Shown here in pieces: positions 16,552-27,692 of a DNA stretch of 64,000 nt; the first letter of the stretch is position 1; each line of letters starts with the position of its first letter. Position numbers and translations under genes: made by a program. Source of the stretch: Eledone cirrhosa (Eukaryota). Where the stretch lies: assembly GCA_964016885.1 (NCBI GenBank), contig OZ024743.1:67580001-67644000 (forward strand). The letters run 5' to 3'. The notes under the pieces are model-generated. The model saw nothing but the letters and a program-made list of their open reading frames with translations, was not told the DNA's origin and ran no database searches.

Positions 16552-17437
16552 CGTTAGAATATGTGTAATAAGGCCAAGACAATGCAGATATGGACATAGA
16601 AAAAAGAATGCAATAGTGAGAGATATTGATGAGAATTCGTCTTTCACCTTGAATTTATTTAAATGTCCTTAATTTTCGAGATAATATCTCTTCTTCGGAG
16701 GGAAGTAAAAGTCTCAGACCAGCGTCTTAAATTTCCAATGAAGCCATGCTGACCGGAAATAGTATAGAGTTCTAACTTTAATATCAAAGAATTAAAATTA
16801 GGTGGGTAAAGAGTAGTCTCCCTTTAAGAGGGGTTTGTTTATGTTTTTGTTGTGTTTTTTAAATTTTATATGCGTGCCTGTATATGTGTGTGGGAGAAAG
16901 CATGAAGGTGTAGGTATGTGTGTGTGTGAGTGTGGGAAGATAGGTCTAATCGTAAAAGTGTTATCTGGTGTTAGAACTGGTTTTGTGTGTGTATGTGTGA
17001 GAGAGAATAAGTGGAGGTGTGTGCGTGCGTGTGTGTGGGGTGTGTAAAGTGGGGCTAGAGGCCCTATCAGGTTATAAATTGGGTGTTGAGCTCTAGTCTA
17101 TTATTGATTGGTGGATGTGTTCTATCTATAATGAGTGCTTCCTTGATTCTAAGATTACCGAGGTTTCTTTCTTTAGTTTCTATCCTAACTGTTATGTTTT
17201 TATCAGTGTTTTTGCATTTAACTAGGTGTTTCTTAAATGAGGAAGCGTTAGTATTGAGGTGTTCTTTTATTCTTATGTGGAGTGGTCTGGTGGTGCTACC
17301 TACGTAGAAGTTGTTGCATTTGTCACACTCTAGTCTGTAAACTACGTAAGCCTGGTGGCATAGGTCTGTGTCGTTGATGGGGCAGTTGGCTAGTCTGCAG
17401 CAGTTGTCATGTCTGGTGGAGTGTCTCTTAGCTAGCT

Positions 17438-17797
17438 GTGGAGAGTAGAGGCTTGAGGACCTGGGAGAGAAGCCAGGAAATTTTGTATAGGGGTCCTTCT
17501 ATGCTAGAGACGATGGGTCTTATATGCGTCTTAGTGCTATTCTTGTGGGTCTTGATGAGGTGGTAGAAAGTGGGCAGTCTGCTATTTCTAGTGGTGTAGT
17601 TGAGTTTAATTTTATTCGGGAGTTGTCTTCTCCTACAGATATCGAACCAAATGGAGTTGGTCTGTTTTTCGATTTGGGCTGCGGTCATGTCCGGGATCAC
17701 TGTGTACAGTTCACTGTCGCTTAGGTGTTCGAAGGCTAGGTTATTGTATGTGGCTTGAGAGATGACGCAGAACTCTTTACCTTTGTCGGATGGTATA
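17438..17797 (-). CDS. PLE reverse transcriptase N-terminal segment (inverted)
   Basis: YIPSDKG...LPTFYHLIKTHK...IRPIVSSIEGPLYKISWLL; DKG, KxHK and RPIVS motifs of PLE RTs. Confidence 0.9.
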
Positions 17798-19144
17798 TAC
17801 AAAATTTCCTGGCTTCTCTCCCAGGTCCTCAAGCCTCTACTCTCCACCTTCCCCGGACATGTCAGTAGCTCCGACGAAGTTATACGTAGATTACACCAAC
17901 TCCAGCCAGAACAACTTAAACTTAATAAATACGCTTTTAGCCTCGACGTTGTCTCCCTCTACACTACAGTCCCCGCTCACCCAGCTATCGATTTATTGAC
18001 GGACTGCGTGGTCGCAGAGAACATCCACTGCTACGGCCTCCACCCGACGGACATACACCAACTTTTGTCCTTCACAGTAGACAACACGTACTTCACCTTC
18101 CACCACCACACATACAGACAGACAACAGGATTACCCATGGGATCCAGCCTCTCTGGCCTGCTGGCCATCACTTACATGAACCAGCTAGAATGCCGAGCCC
18201 TCAACACCTGCCATTCCCATGCCTTCTTCACCCGATATGTAGATGACATACTCATCCTTACATCATCCCGTGAAGAGGCAGAGAAAATATACACAACATT
18301 CTCCAGCATGGACGCCAGTATAAAGTTCAGCATAGAACACCCCGATGACCGCGGATCCCTATCCCTGCTGGACTTCCAACTCAGGGTAACAGAGGCAGGC
18401 AACATCCACACCTGCTTCTATAAAAAATCCGCCAGCAGGGACCTGTTCGTATATTTCAGATCGGCCCTCCCACTCGGTGCCAAGTTCGGATACATAAAGA
18501 ACGAACTGGCACGTATCAAGAACAAATGCACCGACGCCAGAGACCGAGACACACACACCACACATTTCCTGGAAGTACTCAAACTGAACGGATACACAAC
18601 ATCCACCACAAACCGTGCCAGAAAGAACAGAGGACACCACACCCGAGGCACTAACACTTGCTTCCTGAAGCTCCCACACTTCAGTGAAGAAACAACAACA
18701 GCCATCCGCAGAGCCATCAGACGAGAAGGTCTGGATATTCAACTGGCCCATTCGGGTCCTTCTTTGCGTGCACGGCTAGCTAAGAGACACTCCACCAGAC
18801 ATGACAACTGCTGCAGACTAGCCAACTGCCCCATCAACGACACAGACCTATGCCACCAGGCTTACGTAGTTTACAGACTAGAGTGTGACAAATGCAACAA
18901 CTTCTACGTAGGTAGCACCACCAGACCACTCCACATAAGAATAAAAGAACACCTCAATACTAACGCTTCCTCATTTAAGAAACACCTAGTTAAATGCAAA
19001 AACACTGATAAAAACATAACAGTTAGGATAGAAACTAAAGAAAGAAACCTCGGTAATCTTAGAATCAAGGAAGCACTCATTATAGATAGAACACATCCAC
19101 CAATCAATAATAGACTAGAGCTCAACACCCAATTTATAACCTGA
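17796..19144 (+). CDS. PLE reverse transcriptase + GIY-YIG endonuclease (partial, no internal stops)
   Basis: SLDVVSLYT, GLPMGSSLS, RYVDD, LLD motifs; VVYRLECDKCNNFYVGSTTR...RIKEH...EALII...IN. The ORF-track ATG at 17762 lies inside the inverted piece. Confidence 0.95.
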
Positions 19145-19525
19145 TAGGGCCTCTAGCCCCACTTTACAAACCCCACACACACGCACGCACACACCTCCAC
19201 TTATTCTCTCTCACACATACACACACAAAACCAGTTCTAACACCAGATAACACCCCCCCCCCCCACACACTTTTACGATTAGACCTATCTTCCCACACTC
19301 ACACACACACATACCTACACCTTCATGCTTTCTCCCACACACATATACAGGCACGCATATAAAATTTAAAAAACACAATAAAAACATAAACAAACCCCTC
19401 TTAAAGGGAGACTACTCTTTACCCACCTAATTTTAATTCTTTGATATTAAAGTTAGAACTCTATACTATTTCCGGTCAGCATGGCTTCATTGGAAATTTA
19501 AGACGCTGGTCTGAGACTTTTACTT

Positions 19526-19561
19526 CCCTCCGAAGAAGAGATATTATCTCGAAAATTAAGG
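19526..19561 (+). ncRNA. Minimal HHR-like motif in the PLE 3' pLTR (mirror copy at 16667-16702)
   Basis: CCT-CCGAAGA-A-GAGAT-ATT-ATCTC-GAAA-AT-TA-AGG; core has U4 to C change. Confidence 0.45.
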
Positions 19562-19741
19562 ACATTTAAATAAATTCAAGGTGAAAGACGAATTCTCATC
19601 AATATCTCTCACTATTGCATTCTTTTTTCTATGTCCATATCTGCATTGTCTTGGCCTTATTACACATATTCTAACGTTTATACCTCATTACACAATGCTT
19701 CAAGTGAACTATAACCTCCTCCTTGTATATATATATATATA

Positions 19742-19935
19742 TAGGGTGTGGTAAGATACCAGGTGGACCATAACGCACCAGATTACTGAATACTTAGTGT
19801 GGTAGAGTGGGTAATGGGAAAAGAGTCAGGACCCCGACGGCTTAGCTCCGACCGTTTCGACAGCAAAATCGAATTCAGTTCGGATCTAGCTGTCGAAACG
19901 GGCGGAGCTCAGCCGTTGGGATGCTGGCTCTTTTC
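19742..19935 (-). mobile_element. Short fold-back element, family B
   Basis: Imperfect hairpin 19818-19864/19889-19935; shares CCAGGTGGACCATAACGCACCA with the 20013-20880 copy; (TA)n flanks. Confidence 0.7.
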
Positions 19936-19953
19936 ATATATATATATATATAT

Positions 19954-20012
<59 letters not shown>

Positions 20013-20013
<1 letters not shown>

Positions 20014-20876
20014 CGAAGGAAATGTGGTAAGGAACCAGGTGGACCATAACGCACCAAAGTACTCAATACTTGAGGTAGTAGAGTGGGTAATAGGAACCAG
20101 TAAGACCCCGACAGCTGGGCTCAAGCCGTTTCGACGGCTAATTCTGGACTAAATGAAAATTTATCCTGGTATTTAAATAGCCGATCTTCTCAAGGGGTAA
20201 TTCCATATATGGTCAAAGTGATTGTCAAAAATCAGTAGTAATTCTGTGGTTGCAAATTAGTAGGGGAGATGGTGGCTAAACCTGCCAGTAGGAGAAAGAG
20301 GGGAGGGGGTGGAGTAGCCCCAATCAAGCGTCCCACCTAGTTCTTTTACTTATTTCGTTATTTCTTTATTTCTTTCTTTACTTCTTTCTTTCTTTCTTTA
20401 TTTATTTATCCTAGACTAACAATAGCTAGAGACCTAGGTCGTAGAATTTAATTTACTTTACTTTTTTCTTTACACTCATTTGTTTTTCTTTACACTTATT
20501 TGCTTTTCTTCACTCTCAGTATTTTTTCTTTCCTATATTTTTCTACCCCCCATTGTTCTACCTACCGTTCCGACTTCCTCCCTCTCCTCCTCCCCTGTAT
20601 CTTCTTTGACCTCATGCCCAGCTGTAGCTGGCACTACAAACGCTTGATTGGGGCTACTCCACCCCCTCCCCTCTTTCTCCTACTGGCAGGTTTAGCCACC
20701 ATCTCCCCTACTAATTTGCAACCACAGAATTACTACTGATTTTTGACAATCACTTTGACCATATATGGAATTACCCCTTGAGAAGATCGGCTATTTAAAT
20801 ACCAGGATAAATTTTCATTTAGTCCAGAATTAGCCGTCGAAACGGCTTGAGCTCAGCTGTCGGGGTCTTACTGGTT

Positions 20877-20880
<4 letters not shown>
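20013..20880. mobile_element. Family B element with ~240-bp inverted repeats (PLE pLTR-like)
   Basis: 20090-20330 is the reverse complement of 20640-20880; HHR-like TTGAGAA...GAAA at 20778-20842; further fragment at 29730-29795. Confidence 0.8.
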
Positions 20881-20975
<95 letters not shown>

Positions 20976-20978
20976 ATA

Positions 20979-21641
<663 letters not shown>

Positions 21642-21784
21642 GTGTGTCTGTGTGTGTCTATGAGTCTGTGTGTGTGCGTGTCTGTGTATGTATGTATTTA
21701 AAAAATAATCAGGAATAACAAAGTAAACGACAGAGTACAATGATGAAATATATTAGTTTAACTCTTAAAATAATAAGTAAAGGG

Positions 21785-21822
21785 TCTTAACGTTTCGGAA
21801 ACTTATCTTTCATCAGAATATA
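21785..21822 (-). ncRNA. Minimal HHR-like motif
   Basis: Minus strand TT-CTGATGA-AAGATAAGTTTCC-GAAA-CG-TT-AA; stem II weak. Confidence 0.4.
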
Positions 21823-22989
21823 GAAGAAATAAAATATGATAAAATATCTCTGAGCATTTGCCCATAAGTATGAGAAATATGAAGATTTGTACCCAAATTA
21901 TATATTTCTATAATACTATTTATTCCAAAAGGAAAATGCTTCCTAACTACACGTCATTGTTAGAACAACATGTATTTATGAATCTTATTTCTCTCGTCTC
22001 TCGCTTTTGTTTCTAGCAATGAGGAATCTTAAGCACTAGTTAACCGCGTTGTCTTCTTGTATGTAACATGAAATCTCAACTCAGGATAATACTATTCAAA
22101 TATATTTACAAACACATAAACAGACATGCACACTAAAACACAGACATACACACAGAGACACTCATACACTTAGATACACACATGCATTTGCATACATATA
22201 AACACACACATGCATTCACATACACAGCACACACACAAAGACGCATATACACTGAGACACACATACACATAGATACATACACATGCATATGCATACAGAA
22301 ACAAACAAACAGTAACAAAAGTACGCAAACTTTCTATATTGAGGGTTGGCCATAGTTATGTTGCATGCCATTCCCTATGTCAGTGATGGCATGCTGCCAT
22401 TAGTGTAGGCTGACAGCATTTTGAACATTTAATGCAATTGAACGAATTGCCTATGTATTGCTTTTAGAATAAAGTTTAATATCAACATGGTTTCTTACTA
22501 ATTGATATTTCTTAACTGTAAACTATTTATGGTCAGCCAAGTATATCGAAAAAACAAAATAAAAAAGGAGAGGAGCCGATTGTCAGATTGGACGAAGGAT
22601 ACCAGATTCCATTAGGCTTCCTATTGCTGACAAAATGTGCTGGTCGCAGTATATGAAGTCAAAGGGCACAGAGCCGGATCAGATGCTACAAAGAATCCCG
22701 CCTAACACCTTATCGATACCACCAATCGATCACTCCTTTATTGTGTGTATGTATTCATGTACCTATGTAGGTAGATCTATCTATGTATATGTGTGTTTAT
22801 ATATGTATACATTTATATATTAATATATGTGTATGAGTGTGTGGACCTAATCAAGTATGTGGACTTAATCAAGCTATTGATATCATATACATGCAGATAC
22901 ACACACACAAGAGAGAAATATAAGAATATATCCAATTTCTGTTAGAGGATATAATTTCCTTTCTTTTGTTCTTCTTGGCACTCACAACA

Positions 22990-24760
22990 AAACCCGCACG
23001 TTAATCCAGAGAGTACTCAAATAAACATGGAACGGGAAACAATAATTCCTCGGTTCTAAATAGATGATACGCATCAGGAAACACTACTGCAGAAAGTATA
23101 TGGATTTTCCAGATTTGTTCTGCGTTTGGGATTGAAGAAATCTATCTTTTCAATACTGAAGACAGGGAAATTAATTCAGAAACTCTATCATTATTTTAGA
23201 AACTGGGGCGGTGGATTGGCAGTATCGGTAGAAGGTCGGACGCAGCAAAGAGTTACGGTCCTTTAAGGTCTGAGTTCAAATCCCGCCGAGGTTAATTTGC
23301 CTTTCATCCTTCGGGGTCGATAAAATAAAGTACCAGTAATATACTGGGTTATTGCTGGCCTTGTGCCAAAAGTAGAAACAATTATTTTAGAAACTGAAAT
23401 TAGAGAATTTGAACAGAGGTTAACCAAATATTTCGACACTAATGAACAAGACAAAATTCAATACACACAAATGAAGGAATACTCTAAAGGTATTGGATTA
23501 ATCTAAATGTAAAAATATCAAACAATCGAACTCAATATTATTCAAATCCTTAATTCAAATCCTGCCATGATCTACTTTGCCTTCAATTATTCTGGGAGCG
23601 CGTAAATAAAGTACCAGTGAAGTACTGGGGTTGATATAACTGACATTGCCTTCCTTAAAAATTACTCTTCTATCTAAATGAGAAATAAGTATCATAATTT
23701 GGATTGCAGATACATCTTGATAATAAAAGAGTAAGATATATTTCTATGTGATTGAATATATACATATATTGTCAGATGTTTCTTCTACAAATCACTTTCA
23801 GTAATCTGGTTATAACTTTTCTTTTTATTGCGCAGGCATCTATAAGATATAGCAAGATTAGTTAACGCTTTGTAAAATGGTATATGGTTCAGGGCCCATA
23901 TATTAATGCTGCTACATCTCCACAAAGAGGAAAGGTTTTGTGTGATCATAATGGAAGCGTTTCCTTCATTTTTACGGCCAAGTATTCGGTACAGAAGTCA
24001 ATGGATCTTTAATTCCTGCGTGAGTTGTAAGGGCATTATAATAATATACAACCCACAGAGAGCTGGAAGGAATACAACGAACCATTCTACAGATTCTTCC
24101 AATTCGCCGCCTGGTGAAGTTACAGTGCCCTTTGGCGCTATTTTTATTAACATTCTTATGACATCTGTGATATGTGTATAAGTGCTTATTTCTAATGTTT
24201 AGTAAATCCTGGCAATATTAAAATATAGTGGATTCTTCTACCTATTTATAATCGAATTTATTCTCAAGAAAGCCTTGTAGAATCTGACATTAATATTCGT
24301 ATGCACACTCGGTAAACTTTGCTATTTTACGATAATTCATTTTAGTTTGGACGTAGTTGCCATGCATTGTTTGATGTTTCTATGGGTATTACGATAGCTG
24401 TGATTTGCGAATTAATCCGATTGTGCATTTACACTTACTTCTGAAAAAGATTTTGCCTTGTAGATTTCATTTGAAGAGGTATGAATATCCAAACAATGAA
24501 TGCTACTAGAAAGGGTTTATAAACACATTCAAGGATTACTAATTGAAGGATATACCTATCCAAGTATATTTAATTTCCCACCTATAAGTTTAGACTTCGA
24601 TACTGATAAATACTCTCCTCGTAGTAAACCTAACGGCTAATTGCATTGAAGTAATATAAATATGAACGATGTCTCGATAATATTAAAACCTTTCAGTTTA
24701 CTAGAATCAATTACATCATAGCAATGCTTGGGTAATTATTTAATTATCCAGCGCAGTATT
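22990..24760 (+). pseudogene. Tentative decayed leucine-rich-repeat gene
   Basis: IEEIYLFNTEDREINSETLSLF*KL[SINE]KLENL at 23131-23415 and DL*FLREL*GHYNNIQ at 24004-24051 fit LxxLxLxxN; many stops; boundaries uncertain. Confidence 0.3.
23206..23380 (+). mobile_element. tRNA-derived SINE with 16-bp TSD
   Basis: TSD ATTATTTTAGAAACTG at 23190-23205 and 23381-23396. Confidence 0.92.
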
Positions 24761-25502
24761 ATAATGGCGTATTAAAGACATTGGATTCATAAGCAGAACA
24801 CTTTTCATACAGCATAACACTAAAACATAGAAAAGGAAAGACATTGTATCCTTTTCTTTAGTTCTATTTGTTACCTATTGAACAGTAAGCACCATTGTAT
24901 AATCCTCTATATTGTTTAAAGTTCCATAAAATTGCCAGAATTTTACCATACAAAACACATGCATCATTCGGAAATATAAAGGTATTCATAGCATGAGCTA
25001 TATTATTAACCAAGTATCAATTCATTCAGTGACAGAATTAAGAGAATAACTCCAGTGCAAGCCCGCAAATATCGCTTGTAAATATCTTTGACGTCCATGA
25101 TATCTGATCTCTCAAAGATCAGGGATCTTGTAAAACTTTATTATATTATGATATAGTATCCTTTCCCAGAGATGACAGTAAAACTCTTTTAAAAACAGCT
25201 TGTACCATCATATGAGGTAATCCATTATAATCTGTCTTCTTCAACTTCGCTTTTATTACAGTATGACCTTGTATCACTGTAAGAAATCAATATATCTATT
25301 TTATCGCTGGATATGATAGCATTACATCGAATGTTCTAGATTATTGATTAATCGGATTACCTGCTTATTTAATAATAATAACTATACTGAGTATTTTATA
25401 GGGATTTGTACCCTTAAAGTAACCTTGGGTCAGTCTCCATGTTACATGATAGATAACAAGTCAGGATGTTTTAATTATAGATGCAGTAGTGTATATATAT
25501 AA

Positions 25503-25814
25503 AAACAAACAAGATGGCGTAGGACAGAACAAAAAAGAGGCACACAAAACAAAGAAAAGAATCCCCAGTCACTGAAGAGGTAACAGAATGTGTGACGAAA
25601 GAACTTTGACAATATATAAACAACCATCTGGTTGTGGAACCAACCAACCAGAAATTTATAAATTCCTAAATTTATAAATTTATTATAATAAATTGAAGTG
25701 AAAGCAACTGGTGCGTGTGTTTCTTATTGGCAACATGACCCTCCCAAAGTATAATAATATCGGTTTCAACACACGTTTTCAGATAAAGAATCTTGCTAAA
25801 CAAATTCAGAAACG

Positions 25815-25820
<6 letters not shown>
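25503..25820 (+). mobile_element. Solo PLE pLTR, family A, with HHR motif
   Basis: Near-identical to 21225-21525; ends CAAATTCAGAAACGAAA(TA)n. Confidence 0.85.
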
Positions 25821-25866
<46 letters not shown>

Positions 25867-26823
25867 GAAAAAGTAGAGAATAACATGTTCAACAGTACAA
25901 AAAAGGGGATTTATTTAAAGTCTAACAATTGTCTTTCTGATAAAGTTGTCTAAAAATTGCTGAACACTAGAAGCAGTGCCACTCAATTTCAAAAACAATG
26001 CTGCTCGATCAGATCTTCAGAAACTGTTATATAAATTATATATAACTGGCAAATTTACAAATTCGAATTACATCATCAATAATAATATTAATAATAAAGA
26101 TAGAGATAGAGTAAGAGAAAGAAAGGGAGATAGATACAGGAGAGAAAGAAAGGAAAAGGAAAAATAAAATAGAGAAAATGAAAGAGAAAAAGAGAAAGAG
26201 AAAGAAAAAGAAAAAGGAGAAATGAATACAGAGAAAAATATAGAGAGAAGAAAATATATGGAAAAATGATGGTATAAATAGGAGAGAAAAGCATGAGGAG
26301 AAATAACGTAGGAGAGAAAGAAAAATAGAGGGAAAAATAATATCAGCAATAAATGAATAAATGTTAATACATGGAAAATGTGTAATAAAAAATAAAAAAA
26401 ATAATAATAAATATATAAATAAATAAATAAATAAATAAATAGATTATATCTAATATGATATAAAATGGTATAAAATGTGAGAAACGAAAAATGAAAATAT
26501 TTAAAAAATGAAAAATGAAAATATTAAAATATTAAAATAAATAAGTAAAACAGTAAAAATATGCGAAGAAAATTTAAACATATTAAGATTATTGATAGTG
26601 GTTTTTGAGAATGGCTACTATATAGAGATATAGACAGAGATACACGAAGGTGTAAATATGATAATGCTAAATATATTTATGTGTGTATTGGTTATTTTAA
26701 TAAATAAATAAATTAATTAGTTGTAAGTTATATTATATGATAAAATAAAATGCCAGAGAAGAAATGAATTTAGGGAAAGAAATATAAAGAGAGAGTGAAA
26801 GATAGAGATATATAAAATAAGAA

Positions 26824-27692
26824 TGTAAAAATAAGAGGTTTTGATGTTGTTCATTGACAGATGATGACAATTATAATAATAATGATGATGATGATGATGA
26901 TGATGATGTGATCTTATAATAGATCTAGGTGGTACAATTTGGGTTATGGAATAGATAAGATGAAATTAAGCTGGTCTACTATATTCTGTCGGCTTAAATG
27001 GGGGACCAAATTTGAGACATTTAGACCAGCTTAAAAAGGGAGATAAGCTGACAGATCTGTTTCACACTGTTGGTGATCATCAAAGCTTAGCACTCGCCGA
27101 TGTTTGTTGAAAATTATAGATGCTGGATTCTTAAAGAATTCCAGTAATAATCAGTTTATCTCCCCTTGTTTGTTGAGAAAAGAAGTAAGTGACATAGTCA
27201 CTACTTTAAGATGATAGCGCAAGGTCTTCAAAACGATTTAATAAAGCATATTGTATATTGCCAAATATACTATATATATCCATGTATACATCGCTATTTC
27301 AGAGCACCAATACTAATTTGCAATTTGTGCTGGACCGGCAATCGCTCTGTATAATCAGTTCCTGATTATTACTAGTATTCTATAAGAGTCCAGCATCTAT
27401 AATTATCAACAAACATCGGCGAGTGGTAAGCTCTGATGATCACCAACAGTGTGAAACAGATCTGTCAGCTTATCTCCCTTTTTAAGCTGGTCTAAATGTC
27501 TCAAATTTGGTCCCACATTTAAGCCGACAGAATATAGTAGACCAGCTTAATTTCATCTTATCTATTCCATAACCCAAATTGTACCATCTAGATCTATTAT
27601 AAGATCACATCATCATCATCATCATCATCATCATTATTATTATAATTGTCATCATCTGTCAATGAACAACATCAAAACCTCTTATTTTTACA
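26824..27692. mobile_element. Fold-back element containing a retrozyme-like HHR monomer
   Basis: 26824-27154 is the reverse complement of 27362-27692; HHR motif in both arms. Confidence 0.85.
27428..27471 (+). ncRNA. Canonical type I hammerhead ribozyme
   Basis: AAGCT-CTGATGA-T-CAC-CAACA-GTG-T-GAAA-CAGATCTG-TC-AGCTT: 5-bp stem I, intact core, palindromic stem III, GUC cleavage after 27466. Confidence 0.9.

Larger units (their letters stand above)
16548..19725 (+). mobile_element. Young 5'-truncated Penelope-like element with inverted pseudo-LTR and internal inversion
   Basis: 16548-17436 is the reverse complement of 18775-19680; inverted RT N-terminal piece at 17438-17797; RT+GIY-YIG ORF; flanked by (TA)n on both sides. 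Confidence 0.95.

Noticed and set aside
18172-19128. Minus-strand ORFs overlapping the PLE RT-EN
   Set aside because: Antisense shadows of the PLE ORF with no recognisable domain
25915-26030. Minus-strand CTGAAGA...GAAA-GACAATTGTT HHR-like motif
   Set aside because: The stem III/UH register does not fit; too degenerate to call
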